Shown here one piece after another: positions 1 to 9,879 of a stretch of DNA of 32,980 nt; positions within the stretch are counted from its first letter, which is position 1; each line of letters begins with the position of its first letter. The stretch is from Pseudomonadota bacterium (GTDB lineage: Bacteria; Pseudomonadota; Alphaproteobacteria; Caulobacterales; Hyphomonadaceae), in NCBI GenBank assembly GCA_038529885.1, contig JBCBDI010000001.1, forward strand, positions 1 through 32,980, written 5' to 3'. The notes under the pieces were generated by a model. The model worked only from the letters and a program-made list of their open reading frames with translations, was not told where the DNA came from and searched no databases. The translations under genes and the position numbers were made by a program.

Positions 1-3000
1 GACGTGCAGAACCTCAAGAACGCGCCTGTTGTGACCGTGTTCCCGCTGCCCGACGTGATCGAGACATTGGAGCCGGGCGCTTACTTTATTGAGGTCTCCG
101 ATGCTGTAGAGCTCGACCGGTATGAAGGACCACCGGCCTCAGCCCAAAGGTGGGTCATGCTGACCGATCTCGCGCTGACCGCCTATGAAAGCGAGTCGGG
201 CCTCGATGTGACTTTGCGCTCGCTTCAGGATGGGCGGGTCATGCCCAATACGCCGGTGCAATTGATCGCGCGCAATAATGAAGTGCTTGATGATGCCACC
301 ACTGGCGTTGATGGCCGGGTGTCGTTCAACGCCGAATTGCTGGCCGGGACTGGGTCGCTTGCGCCGAAATTGGTGCTGGCGTCTGGGCTCAAAGGTGACA
401 CAGCCATTCTGGACCTCACCCGCGCGCCGGTAGATCTTTCGGAACTGAATACGGGCGGCCGGGTCACGCCTGGCGATGTTGATGCTTATCTCTATACCGA
501 ACGCGGCATCTATCGGCCGGGAGAGACCGTCCATGTGACGGCGATGATGCGCGACCGGGCCGGTCGTTCCGTTACAGAGCGCAATGGCACGCTGATCACC
601 TATCGTCCGAACGGCATGGAGTCGTTCCGGGTTCGGTTTGCCGTCGGCGAAGCCGGGTCTTTGCAGCGCGATATCGAGCTTCCCGACGCTGCGGCGCGCG
701 GTCTTTGGCGCACCGCGCTTGAGATTGATGGCATCGGCCAAGTCGGCGCGGTCTCTTATTCGGTTGAGGATTTTGTTCCGCAACGCATCGCCGTCGAGCT
801 TGAAGCAGAAGACGCGCCTTTCTTGCCAGGCGATGATGCGCGAGATGTCGATATCTCTGCGCGGTTCCTCTATGGCGCGCCAGGGGCCGCTTTGACCGTC
901 ACGTCTCAAGCGCGTGTCGAAGTCGACCCGCAACCTTTTGGCTATGAGGGCTTTAGCTGGGGGCCACATGAAGGGAGCTTCCGCGAGCAGATCATCGATC
1001 TGGAAGACCGAACGACCGATGGAGCGGGTCAGGCAACTGTTCGCCTGGCACCAGGCAACCGGGGTCGAAATGCCGACGTGCCGCTGCGCTTAAACGCTGT
1101 CGTCAGCGTACTGGAGCCGGGTGGGCGAGCGGTCACCGAGAGTGTCCGCATTCCGTATCGCACCAAAGATCTCTATCTCGGGATCAAGCCGAATTTTGAC
1201 GGCCGTATCCCATATGAGGAAGAGGGCAGCTTCGAGATCGCGGCCGTGAATGCGAGCGGCGAAGGCGTGGTCGAGGACCTGCGCTGGAAGATCCTCGAGA
1301 TCAACTATCATTATGACTGGTATCGCGAAGATGGACGTTGGAAATGGCGGCGTTCGCGCACGGTTCGGACCGTCAATGAGGGCGGCCTACGTACGCAAAA
1401 TGGTGCCGGCATGCTCAGCGTGTCTGGTCTCGACTGGGGCCAACACGAGCTCATCATTGAAGCCGATGACGGCAGCATTGCTAGCCGAGCCTTCCGGGTC
1501 GGTTGGGGCGGCGACGTGTCCGATGATGGGGTTGAAGCGCCGGACCGGGTCGAAGTCGCGGTTGATGAGCAGCAAATTGTGGCCGGTCGACCCGCCGCGC
1601 TGACCATTGTGCCGCCTTATGATGGCGAAGCGCAAATCGTCGTCGCAACCGATCGCATCCTGTCCATCGAAACCCGCCAAGTGCAGGCATCTGGAACCTC
1701 CATCACGCTGCCTGTGACCGAAGAGTGGGGCGAGGGTGCCTATGTCATGGTCAATGTCTACACCCCGCGTGATCCTGTGGTGCAGTCTAAACCGCGCCGC
1801 GCCGTCGGTGTTGGCTATGTCCCCGTCAATATGGAGAACCGGACCTTTAATGTAGAGATTGAGGCACCAGAGCTGATCCGCCCTGGACGCGATCAAACGA
1901 TCACGGTCGCCGTTGACGGAGGACCACGAGAGAAAGCCTTTGTGACGCTCGCCGCAGTGGACGAAGGCATTCTGCGTCTGACCAAGTTTTCGAGCCCCGA
2001 CCCCACCGATTGGTATTTCGGCAAGAAAGCCATGGGCGTCGCACTTTATGATGATTATGGCCGTTTGCTCGATCCAAACCTTGGCCTCCCGGCAGAGGTT
2101 CGGACTGGCGGCGACCAATTGGGCGGGGAAGGGCTGTCTGTGGTCCCGACCCAAACCGTGGCGCTGTTCAGCGGCATTGTTGAAGTCGGTCGCGGCGGTG
2201 AAGCGGAGATCGAATTTGAAATCCCGGAATTTAATGGCGAGCTGCGCCTGATGGCTGTGGCCTGGTCCACGACTGGGCTGGGTGCCGCCGATCAGGCGAT
2301 GACGGTGCGCCGCGAAGCGCCGGCTGATTTAATCCTTCCGCGCTTCATGGCCCCAGGCGATGAAGCTGTGGCAACGGTCAGCATTGATAATGTCGAGCTG
2401 CCGGATGGCGAGTTCAGTGCCAATCTAACGGCAACGGAGCCGCTTTCAGTGGCCTCCGCGGATCTTCTCAAAACCATCCCAAGCGGCAGTCGTTCTGATC
2501 AAGGCGTGCGCTTCAGTGCGGACGGGTCTGGCATTTCAGACATGCAGCTCAGCGTCTCCGGCCCAGACAATTATAGCGTCTCGCGATCCTATCAAATTCA
2601 AACCCGTTCGGCTTTCTTGCCGGTCACCAATATTAGCCGTGTGCTGATGGAGGAGGGGCAATCCTTCGCGCCTGAGACCGGCCTGTTTGACGGCTTTGTG
2701 CCAGGCACGACGCAAATGACGGTGAGTTTCTCTGGTCTGCCGCTCGATCCGAATGCGCTCTACAATTCGCTGGCGCGTTATCCCTATGGCTGTACCGAGC
2801 AAACGATTAGCCGCGCCATGCCGCTCATCTATGCCGAACAGCTGATCGAAGAGGGGGCGCAGGACAATCGCCCTGTGGCGCGCGACCGCGTGCAAGCGGC
2901 CATCTCTCGCGTACTAAATCGTCAAAGCGATAATGGTGCGTTCGGGCTGTGGCGGGCAGGCGATGGCTACGCTTCACCGTGGCTTGGTGCGTATACCGCG

Positions 3001-4221
3001 GATTTCCTCTACCGCGCCAAAGAGCAGGGCTATGAAGTGCCACAAGCGGCACTGGATCGCGCCTACCAGTCCTTGCGCGCGATTTCTCAAGGCGACGCTT
3101 GGCGGGTGTATGGCTATCAGACTGATGTCTATGAGAGCCGCTATCATGACGATACCGAACGCAAATTGATGCAGCGCGCGGCGCCATATGCGCTCTATGT
3201 CTTGGCGCGTGCTGGCAAAGCTGATGTCTCGCGCTTGCGGTATCTGCATGATCGTGAGCTTGGCGACATGCGCTCGCCATTGGCTAAGGCGCACTTGGCC
3301 GCAGCGCTCTCCTATATGGGCGATCGCTCGCGCGCCTTTAGCGCGTTCAATGCCGCCGAAGAAGCGCTCGGTTATGACAATAGCGGGGATTATTATCAGA
3401 CCCCGCTTCGGGATCTCTCGGGCGTCTTAGCGCTCGCCGCTGAGACCGGATACAATGACCATGTCGCGCGACTCTCTGAACAGCTTGGCGATGATACACC
3501 CGAGCCGGATAGCCTGACCACGCAAGAGAAAGCCTTCATGCTGCTCGCGGTGGGCGCGATGGCGCAGGAAGATGGCTTGCGGCTCGATGTCGATGGCCTC
3601 GGTCGCAACAGTGACAATGATCGCCGCTATTTCGTGACCGAAGAGCAAGTCGATCGCGGTGTGAGCTTCCGCTTGCGCCGAGGCTCGTCGCCGGTCTTCC
3701 GAACCGTCATGGTCACAGGCTCCCCAGAGCGGGCACCTGCACCAGCCAGTCAGAAACTCTCTGTCAGCAAGCGCGTTCGCACCCTGCAAGGCGGACGGGT
3801 CAATTTGAATGATCTAACCCAAGGCGATCAATTGGTCGTGGCACTGACCCTGTCGCCAAGAGAGCGGCGGAACAATCCTGTGATCTTAGCGGATTTGCTT
3901 CCAGCGGGCTTTGAGATTGAAACCGTTCTGCGCCCAGCTGATGGCAATCGAGAGTTCGGTCCAGATGGCGCCTTTGCTTGGGTTGGCGAGATCGACCGGG
4001 CCGAAACGGCTGAAGCGCGTGATGACCGCTTTGTCGCGGCGATTGATGTCGTCGATGAGACGCGCACGCTGGCCTATGTCGTCCGAGCCGTGACGCCTGG
4101 ATCATTTACAATGCCGGGCGTGGTTGCCGAAGACATGTATCGGCCGGATGTGTTCGCACGCTCAGCCGCGACCGAGATCACGATCGCGCCGCGGGTCACA
4201 GGGACTGACAGCACGCGATGA
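1..4221 (+). CDS. yfhM: Bacterial alpha-2-macroglobulin family protein, 5'-truncated by the window edge
   Basis: Frame is open from base 1. Motifs: YTERGIYRPGETV (MG2), AAVDEGILRLT, intact thioester YPYGCTEQ, DLLPAGFEIE, and C-terminal EARDDRF...YVVRAVTPG...EDMYRP. The stop overlaps the pbpC start (ATGA). Confidence 0.95.
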   Translation, partial: DVQNLKNAPVVTVFPLPDVIETLEPGAYFIEVSDAVELDRYEGPPASAQRWVMLTDLALTAYESESGLDVTLRSLQDGRVMPNTPVQLIARNNEVLDDATTGVDGRVSFNAELLAGTGSLAPKLVLASGLKGDTAILDLTRAPVDLSELNTGGRVTPGDVDAYLYTERGIYRPGETVHVTAMMRDRAGRSVTERNGTLITYRPNGMESFRVRFAVGEAGSLQRDIELPDAAARGLWRTALEIDGIGQVGAVSYSVEDFVPQRIAVELEAEDAPFLPGDDARDVDISARFLYGAPGAALTVTSQARVEVDPQPFGYEGFSWGPHEGSFREQIIDLEDRTTDGAGQATVRLAPGNRGRNADVPLRLNAVVSVLEPGGRAVTESVRIPYRTKDLYLGIKPNFDGRIPYEEEGSFEIAAVNASGEGVVEDLRWKILEINYHYDWYREDGRWKWRRSRTVRTVNEGGLRTQNGAGMLSVSGLDWGQHELIIEADDGSIASRAFRVGWGGDVSDDGVEAPDRVEVAVDEQQIVAGRPAALTIVPPYDGEAQIVVATDRILSIETRQVQASGTSITLPVTEEWGEGAYVMVNVYTPRDPVVQSKPRRAVGVGYVPVNMENRTFNVEIEAPELIRPGRDQTITVAVDGGPREKAFVTLAAVDEGILRLTKFSSPDPTDWYFGKKAMGVALYDDYGRLLDPNLGLPAEVRTGGDQLGGEGLSVVPTQTVALFSGIVEVGRGGEAEIEFEIPEFNGELRLMAVAWSTTGLGAADQAMTVRREAPADLILPRFMAPGDEAVATVSIDNVELPDGEFSANLTATEPLSVASADLLKTIPSGSRSDQGVRFSADGSGISDMQLSVSGPDNYSVSRSYQIQTRSAFLPVTNISRVLMEEGQSFAPETGLFDGFVPGTTQMTVSFSGLPLDPNALYNSLARYPYGCTEQTISRAMPLIYAEQLIEEGAQDNRPVARDRVQAAISRVLNRQSDNGAFGLWRAGDGYASPWLGAYTADFLYRAKEQGYEVPQAALDRAYQSLRAISQGDAWRVYGYQTDVYESRYHDDTERKLMQRAAPYALYVLARAGKADVSRLRYLHDRELGDMRSPLAKAHLAAALSYMGDRSRAFSAFNAAEEALGYDNSGDYYQTPLRDLSGVLALAAETGYNDHVARLSEQLGDDTPEPDSLTTQEKAFMLLAVGAMAQEDGLRLDVDGLGRNSDNDRRYFVTEEQVDRGVSFRLRRGSSPVFRTVMVTGSPERAPAPASQKLSVSKRVRTLQGGRVNLNDLTQGDQLVVALTLSPRERRNNPVILADLLPAGFEIETVLRPADGNREFGPDGAFAWVGEIDRAETAEARDDRFVAAIDVVDETRTLAYVVRAVTPGSFTMPGVVAEDMYRPDVFARSAATEITIAPRVTGTDSTR

Positions 4222-6263
4222 TGTGGCTCAAACGGTCAGCGATCCTGATTGCGGTATCGCTGACCGCCATCTTTGTCTTGGACAAGCTTTTCCCACCGCC
4301 GATTGAACGCGGGCAGGTGGTGTCGATCATGGTCTCTGACCGAGATGATCGGCCATTGCGCGCGATCCCGCTTACGAACGGTACATGGCGCTTCGCCGCG
4401 GATCTCGATGAGATCGACCCGGTCTTTGTTGAAGCGCTCTTAGAGGTGGAAGACAAACGCTTCTGGTCGCATGGCGGGGTTGATTGGGTCGGCATGGTCC
4501 GCGCCGTGACGAGCTCTGCGCAGGCTGGGCGCGTGGTCTCTGGCGGCTCAACCATCACCATGCAAACTGCGCGATTGTTGGAGCCGCGTCCCAATCGCAC
4601 AGTGGGCGCAAAGCTCGCCGAGATGTGGCGCGCGCATCAATTAGAATGGCGGCTCAGCAAGCGCGAGATCTTGGAGCTTTATCTGACCCTCGCCCCTTAT
4701 GGTGGGAACCTGGAAGGCATCCGCGCAGCGAGCTGGCGCTATTTTGGACGTGAGCCGGACCGGTTGTCAGATGATCAAATCGCGCTCCTGATCGCGCTGC
4801 CGCAATCTCCAGAAGTGCGCCGGCCGGATCTGCGCCCAGAGGGGGCGCGCAAAGGACGGGACTCAATCGTCGCGAAGCTTGAACGGCTGGGTTATCTGCC
4901 TGAGGCGCGGGCTGAAGAAGCGCGCGCGGCCTACATTCCGGGGCGGCGCTACACATTTCCAGCACGGGCCTGGCATGCGACAGGCAATGCTGCGGGCGAT
5001 CGCTCGCGCGATGTGCGCTCTACGATCGATGCGAGCTTGCAGGCCGAGCTCGAACAAATCGCCAAACGCACCGCCGAAGCACTTGAGCCTGAGACGCAAG
5101 TTTCAATTCTCGTGGTCGACATCCCGACGCGTTCGGTGCGGGCCGCGATTGGATCTGCGGATCGCAAACGGCCTGGCGGCTGGCTGGATTTGACCGCGCA
5201 GGCGCGCTCACCCGGCTCGACCTTAAAGCCGTTCATCTATGCGCTCGCCTTTGATGATGGCACCGCTGCGCCGTCGACGCGGATCGCTGATCTGCCAAAG
5301 CGGTTTGCTGCCTACCAGCCTGAGAATTTTGACCGCCTGTTTCGCGGCGACGTGCGGGTCTCTGAAGCGCTTCAGCATTCCTTGAATGTCCCGGCTGTCC
5401 TGACGCTCGATCGGATCGGGCCACAACGATTTGCCGCCGCGCTGACCCTTGCAGGGGCGTATCCCCGGATCTCTGGCGCCGCGCAGAAAGAGCCTGGCCT
5501 AGCGCTCGCTTTGGGTGGGGCAGGGCTGACCGCGCAAGAGCTTGCCGTCCTCTATGCCGCGCTTGGCGATGGCGGCGTGACGAAACCTTTGGTCTGGGAC
5601 AGCGATCAGGTCGGGAAGAAACGCAAAGGCTACCGTCTGATGAGCGCGGATAGCGCTGAAAAGGTGGTCAAGATTTTGCGCGACACGCCTGCACCAGAAG
5701 GACGGATGCCCGGACGGCTCACTGCCAACGCCCCCCAAGTCGCGTTTAAAACCGGCACATCCTATGGCTACCGCGACGCGTGGGCGGCGGGGGTCTCGGG
5801 CGACTATGCAATCGTAATTTGGGTCGGACGCGCCGACGGCGCGCCGCGTCCGGGCGAAACCGGGCGCAAAGCAGCGCTGCCTTTACTGTTCGAAGTCGCG
5901 GACCGGGCCGCGCACCATCTCGGCGAAACGGGCTCTTCCAAGTCGCGCTTGATGAGCGAGGCTCAGCCTGAAGCGATTGGGGCGCTTGCCGCCTTTGACG
6001 GAGATGCGAAGCCACCGGAGATCCTCTTCCCGCCGCGCAATGCGGAGCTTTGGGCCGGGCAAGTCGATGGACAATCCGCCCGACCCTTCGTGTTTGCGGG
6101 GCGCGGCGAGACGGCGCTACGCTGGTATGTCGATGGCGAACCGGTTGCGCTCGATGATGGCGGCCTGCCCAGTTGGCGTCCACAAAGTGCCGGCTTCTAC
6201 CGGGTCTCTGCTGTTGATGGGGCGGGCCAATCGACCAGCGTTGGCGTGCGCGTGTTGGACTAA
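4218..6263 (+). CDS. pbpC: Penicillin-binding protein 1C (transglycosylase/transpeptidase)
   Basis: N-terminal TM anchor; transglycosylase motifs EDKRF..HGGVD and GGSTITMQ; transpeptidase motifs STLK, SLN and KTGTS; C-terminal beta domain (LRWYVDG). Directly coupled to the alpha-2-macroglobulin gene. Confidence 0.95.
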   Translation: MMWLKRSAILIAVSLTAIFVLDKLFPPPIERGQVVSIMVSDRDDRPLRAIPLTNGTWRFAADLDEIDPVFVEALLEVEDKRFWSHGGVDWVGMVRAVTSSAQAGRVVSGGSTITMQTARLLEPRPNRTVGAKLAEMWRAHQLEWRLSKREILELYLTLAPYGGNLEGIRAASWRYFGREPDRLSDDQIALLIALPQSPEVRRPDLRPEGARKGRDSIVAKLERLGYLPEARAEEARAAYIPGRRYTFPARAWHATGNAAGDRSRDVRSTIDASLQAELEQIAKRTAEALEPETQVSILVVDIPTRSVRAAIGSADRKRPGGWLDLTAQARSPGSTLKPFIYALAFDDGTAAPSTRIADLPKRFAAYQPENFDRLFRGDVRVSEALQHSLNVPAVLTLDRIGPQRFAAALTLAGAYPRISGAAQKEPGLALALGGAGLTAQELAVLYAALGDGGVTKPLVWDSDQVGKKRKGYRLMSADSAEKVVKILRDTPAPEGRMPGRLTANAPQVAFKTGTSYGYRDAWAAGVSGDYAIVIWVGRADGAPRPGETGRKAALPLLFEVADRAAHHLGETGSSKSRLMSEAQPEAIGALAAFDGDAKPPEILFPPRNAELWAGQVDGQSARPFVFAGRGETALRWYVDGEPVALDDGGLPSWRPQSAGFYRVSAVDGAGQSTSVGVRVLD

Positions 6264-6329
6264 GTAAGACCCCTAGGTGCCGCTAGGAGAGGTCTGGACA
6301 AATCGCGCTAAAAAGATGACGCTGGCGTC

Positions 6330-7823
6330 ATGATTAAGACCCATTATGACGTTCTCATTGTCGGTGCTGGGCTCTCTGGCATCGGTGCAGCGGTACATTT
6401 GCTGAAAAAATGCCCCGGCAAATCCTATCAAATCCTCGAAATGCGCGAGGCGATGGGGGGCACGTGGGACCTGTTCCGATATCCCGGCATTCGCAGCGAT
6501 AGCGACATGCACACGCTCGGGTTCAACTTCAAACCGTGGAAGGCTGAGAAAGCGATCGCCGATGGTCCAGCCATTCGCGAGTACATTCACGAGACCGCCG
6601 AAGAGTATGGGATTAATCCCAACATCCGCTATGGACACAAAGTCCTGGATGCGAGCTGGGACAGCGACACTGCCAAGTGGACGGTAACCGCTGAAGCGGA
6701 TGGCAAGACGCAGAAATTTACCTGCAACTGGCTGCATATGTGCGCTGGCTATTATCGCTATGACAAAGGTTACACGCCGGAGTTTGAAGGCCGCGATGAT
6801 TTCAAAGGCGACGTGATCCACCCGCAGCACTGGCCAGAAGACTATGACTATTCTGGCAAGAAAGTCGTGGTGATTGGCTCTGGCGCAACGGCGATGACGG
6901 TTGTGCCCGCGATGACCGATAAAGCCGAGCATGTCACCATGCTGCAGCGCTCACCGACATATGTCGTGTCGCGTCCATCCGTCGATAAAGTCGCCAATGG
7001 CATGCGCAAATTTATGCCCAGCATGATGGCCTATGGGCTGACCCGTTGGCGCAATGTGCTGATGCAGCTCCTGGTCTACAATCAGACCCGCCGCCGACCG
7101 GAAAAGGTCAAAGACAAGCTCTTACATCTGACGCGCGAAGAAATCGGCGACGACATGGTCGAGAAGCATTTTACCCCGACCTATAATCCCTGGGATCAAC
7201 GGCTCTGCCTGATCCCGGACAGTGATCTGTTTAAGGCTTTGAACGACAACAAAGCGTCCGTCGTGACTGACCATATTGAGCGCTTCACAGAGACCGGCAT
7301 CAAGCTGAAATCCGGCGATGAGCTAGAAGCTGATCTGATCATCACCGCCACCGGCCTCGACCTCCAATTCATTGGCGGCACCGAGCTGACTGTCGATGGC
7401 CGCAAGCTCAATCCGCATGAATTGCTGAACTATCGCGGCGCGATGGTCTCCGGCGTGCCGAACATGACGTCCGTATTTGGTTATACCAATGCGAGTTGGA
7501 CGCTGCGGGCGGACCTGACCAGCGAATATATGTGCAAGGTCATCAACCATCTCGACAAAGAGAACTATGTCGAGGCGCGTCCAGTCGCGGACGGCGTAGA
7601 GCCAGCGTCAGACTTCTTGGACTTCTCGTCCGGCTATGTACAGCGCGCGATGGAACGCTTCCCACAGCAGGGCAAAGAAGCGCCATGGCTGATCACGCAA
7701 AACTATGCGCGCGACATTTTCTTGATGCGTCATGGCAAGCTTGAAGATGGCGCTTTGATTTGTCGCCGGGCGCATGAGTCCGTGACTGATGTTGCCGGGA
7801 TTGTTCCAGCCGCTGCCGAATAG
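6330..7823 (+). CDS. Flavin-containing Baeyer-Villiger-type monooxygenase (EthA/AlmA-like)
   Basis: FAD fold GAGLSG, GGTWDLFRYPGIRSDSD, fingerprint FKGDVIHPQHW (FxGxxxHxxxW), second fold GSGATA, plus PWDQRLC and SWTLRADL. Confidence 0.92.
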   Translation: MIKTHYDVLIVGAGLSGIGAAVHLLKKCPGKSYQILEMREAMGGTWDLFRYPGIRSDSDMHTLGFNFKPWKAEKAIADGPAIREYIHETAEEYGINPNIRYGHKVLDASWDSDTAKWTVTAEADGKTQKFTCNWLHMCAGYYRYDKGYTPEFEGRDDFKGDVIHPQHWPEDYDYSGKKVVVIGSGATAMTVVPAMTDKAEHVTMLQRSPTYVVSRPSVDKVANGMRKFMPSMMAYGLTRWRNVLMQLLVYNQTRRRPEKVKDKLLHLTREEIGDDMVEKHFTPTYNPWDQRLCLIPDSDLFKALNDNKASVVTDHIERFTETGIKLKSGDELEADLIITATGLDLQFIGGTELTVDGRKLNPHELLNYRGAMVSGVPNMTSVFGYTNASWTLRADLTSEYMCKVINHLDKENYVEARPVADGVEPASDFLDFSSGYVQRAMERFPQQGKEAPWLITQNYARDIFLMRHGKLEDGALICRRAHESVTDVAGIVPAAAE

Positions 7824-7855
7824 CAGCGATTGCAGTCCTTGGACGTTTTTCAATC

Positions 7856-7884
7856 TTGAATGCGCGCGCGCTCCGGCGTATGTG
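7856..7884 (+). promoter_or_regulatory. Putative sigma70-type promoter for tRNA-His
   Basis: TTGAAT (7856-7861), a 17-nt spacer, then TATGTG (7879-7884), ending 9 nt before the mature tRNA 5' end. Confidence 0.4.
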
Positions 7885-7893
7885 GGCCTTAGT

Positions 7894-7970
7894 GCAGCCT
7901 TAGCTCAGTTGGTTAGAGCGCCGGTTTGTGGAGCCGGAGGTCCTTGGTTCGAAACCAAGAGGCTGTACCA
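7894..7970 (+). tRNA. tRNA-His (anticodon GTG)
   Basis: Full cloverleaf: acceptor GCAGCCT/AGGCTGT, D arm GCTC..GAGC, anticodon arm CCGGT-TTGTGGA-GCCGG, T arm CTTGG-TTCGAAA-CCAAG, discriminator A and encoded CCA. Confidence 0.97.
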
Positions 7971-7991
7971 TCCCCCAAAAAACGCGATCGA

Positions 7992-9044
7992 TTAAGTCCG
8001 CCTCGGCTTGAGCCAGGCATAGGCGCTTTCATAGCGTTCAAATCCATCATCCGGCACGACAAAGTGACAGCGCAGCTGGCTCGATAAGAAATCGGCCAGA
8101 ACGAAGCGGTCAGACTTGATATAATGCTCGCCGAGGATGGGTTTCACTGCATCGGTGGCCTCCTGCAGACGATAATGCGGGATGGTCGAGTAGATGTGGT
8201 GAATGACGTGCAGATTGCCGATATTGTGGGTCAGCCAATTGAACGGGCCGTAATTGCGATCGACTGAAGCGAGGGCACCTTTGAGGCGGGTCCAATCGCC
8301 TTCATCATAGACCGGCACTTCTGGGGAGACATGCTGCATATAGGTGACGAAGGTCAGCCAGCAGCCATAGATCAAATAGGGCGCGAGCACGTACTTGGCG
8401 AAGAAGCCCCAGCCATAGATGAAGCCGAGACTGAGATAGAGGCTCAAGAAGACGGCGACGGAGAGCAGGCCCAGATACCAAGAGACCCGCACCGACTTGG
8501 TGTAAAGATCGCTCTGCGGAAGATAGTGGCTGCCCGTGATCGGCTTATAGGTCGTGATATTGCGAATGCCGAGCTTGTACATCGGCCAGCCTATGAGGAC
8601 GAAGATCCCGAACCGGAAGATGATTTTGCGATATAGCGAATCTTCTTCGCGGCGGCAGGCGCGGAACACTTCCTCATCTTTGAAATGCCCGGTTTTCATA
8701 TGGTGCATGGCGTGGCTGCGCTGCCAGCCGCGATAGGGCACCAGGATCGCCCCATGGACCAATATGCCGACCAGCGTGTTGATCGTGCGGTTCTTTGAGA
8801 ACGAACCGTGCCCTGCATCATGTCCAATTACAAAGAGCGACCACAGCATGGTGCCGATTAGAAAGATGATTGGCCACTCAATATACCAAGCGCTGGTTTG
8901 CGTGAGCACGCCATAAAGCGCGGCAATCACGGCTAAATCGAACACCAAATAAGCCATGGATCGCCAAGTATTGGGCCGAAAACAGCGGTCCGGAATGGCT
9001 TTGCGTAAGTCGTCTTGGGTAAAAGGCAGGTCGTGGGAGGTCAT
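7992..9044 (-). CDS. Membrane fatty acid desaturase, omega-3/delta-12-15 (DesB/FAD3-like) type
   Basis: Three His boxes (HDAGH, HAMHH, HVIHH), N-terminal DLRKAIPDRCF segment, VTYMQH, GALASVDRNYG and IPHYRLQEAT. ATG at 9044, with an in-frame TTG at 9047. Confidence 0.9.
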   Translation of the reverse strand: MTSHDLPFTQDDLRKAIPDRCFRPNTWRSMAYLVFDLAVIAALYGVLTQTSAWYIEWPIIFLIGTMLWSLFVIGHDAGHGSFSKNRTINTLVGILVHGAILVPYRGWQRSHAMHHMKTGHFKDEEVFRACRREEDSLYRKIIFRFGIFVLIGWPMYKLGIRNITTYKPITGSHYLPQSDLYTKSVRVSWYLGLLSVAVFLSLYLSLGFIYGWGFFAKYVLAPYLIYGCWLTFVTYMQHVSPEVPVYDEGDWTRLKGALASVDRNYGPFNWLTHNIGNLHVIHHIYSTIPHYRLQEATDAVKPILGEHYIKSDRFVLADFLSSQLRCHFVVPDDGFERYESAYAWLKPRRT

Positions 9045-9227
9045 CAAGTCTATTCTATAACCATATTCATTCGTTCCCGTAGATATCTCTCAGAAGAATA
9101 GATGGAAAGTAAACGCTGCCGCAGCGGCGGACTCACAGTTTGCCTTGCCCATAGGGGTGACGGAAGCTACGAAGCACCCCATATCTGTTGCGGCGCGGCA
9201 TCGCGCGTCGTTTTTTATGGAGACAGG

Positions 9228-9446
9228 ATGTCAAAAGAAGAAATCATCGAGTTCAACGGCACCATTGTTGAACTTCTGCCGAACGCGACGTTCCGCGTGA
9301 AGCTTGAAAATGATCATGAGATCATTGGCTATACAGCCGGAAAAATGCGCAAAAACCGCATTCGAATTCTGACCGGTGACAAAGTGCTGGTTGAGATGAC
9401 CCCTTACGATCTGACAAAAGGTCGGATCACTTACCGCTTCAAATAG
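9228..9446 (+). CDS. infA: Translation initiation factor IF-1
   Basis: 72 aa, [28 protein letters not shown]...[43 protein letters not shown] lies just upstream of ATG 9228. Confidence 0.98.
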   Translation: MSKEEIIEFNGTIVELLPNATFRVKLENDHEIIGYTAGKMRKNRIRILTGDKVLVEMTPYDLTKGRITYRFK

Positions 9447-9456
9447 GCTTGCCGCT

Positions 9457-9879
9457 TTGAGTGAAGCGCAGGTTCCAGACGGATTTGAGCGGCACTTTCG
9501 TCGCTCTGAACTGACCGATCCCTGGGAACCGCTCTATTCTCGAAAATTAGACGATCGCATCCAGATTGGCCTTATCCTGGGCACGCCGCATTGTAATTCG
9601 CGCGGCTTGGTGCATGGCGGCTTGATTGCGGCTTTGGCGGACAATGCGATGGGCTTGTCCTGCGTCATTGCTCTGACAAATGACGGGCGTGATGCAGGCA
9701 AAGGCCTGGTCACGGTATCGCTGGGCGTCGATTATCTCGGCAGCGCCAAATTGGGCGAATGGCTGGAGATTGATCCCGAGCCTGTAAAAGTCGGGGGCTC
9801 AATTGGCTTTGCCCGCGCGCTTATTCGCGGTGCTGGAAAGCCCGTCGCGATGGCGAACGCCACCTTCAAAATTCTATGA
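9457..9879 (+). CDS. PaaI-family (hotdog-fold) thioesterase
   Basis: Motif HCNSRGLVHGGLIAALADNAMG and VTVSLGVDYL. TTG start; the stop overlaps the maf start. Confidence 0.88.
   Translation: MSEAQVPDGFERHFRRSELTDPWEPLYSRKLDDRIQIGLILGTPHCNSRGLVHGGLIAALADNAMGLSCVIALTNDGRDAGKGLVTVSLGVDYLGSAKLGEWLEIDPEPVKVGGSIGFARALIRGAGKPVAMANATFKIL

Noticed and set aside
139-3789. Long antisense ORFs over the macroglobulin gene (also 6273-6932, 12171-12773, 19970-20710, 29397-30053 and 31758-32411)
   Set aside because: They are shadows of well-supported genes in GC-rich DNA and have no recognisable motifs.
7971-9100. Genomic island integrated at tRNA-His
   Set aside because: No integrase and no repeat of the tRNA 3' end were found in the window.
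9102-9227. 42-aa N-terminal extension of IF-1 in the ORF track
   Set aside because: The canonical 72-aa IF-1 starts at ATG 9228 with its own RBS; the extension is most likely open leader sequence.
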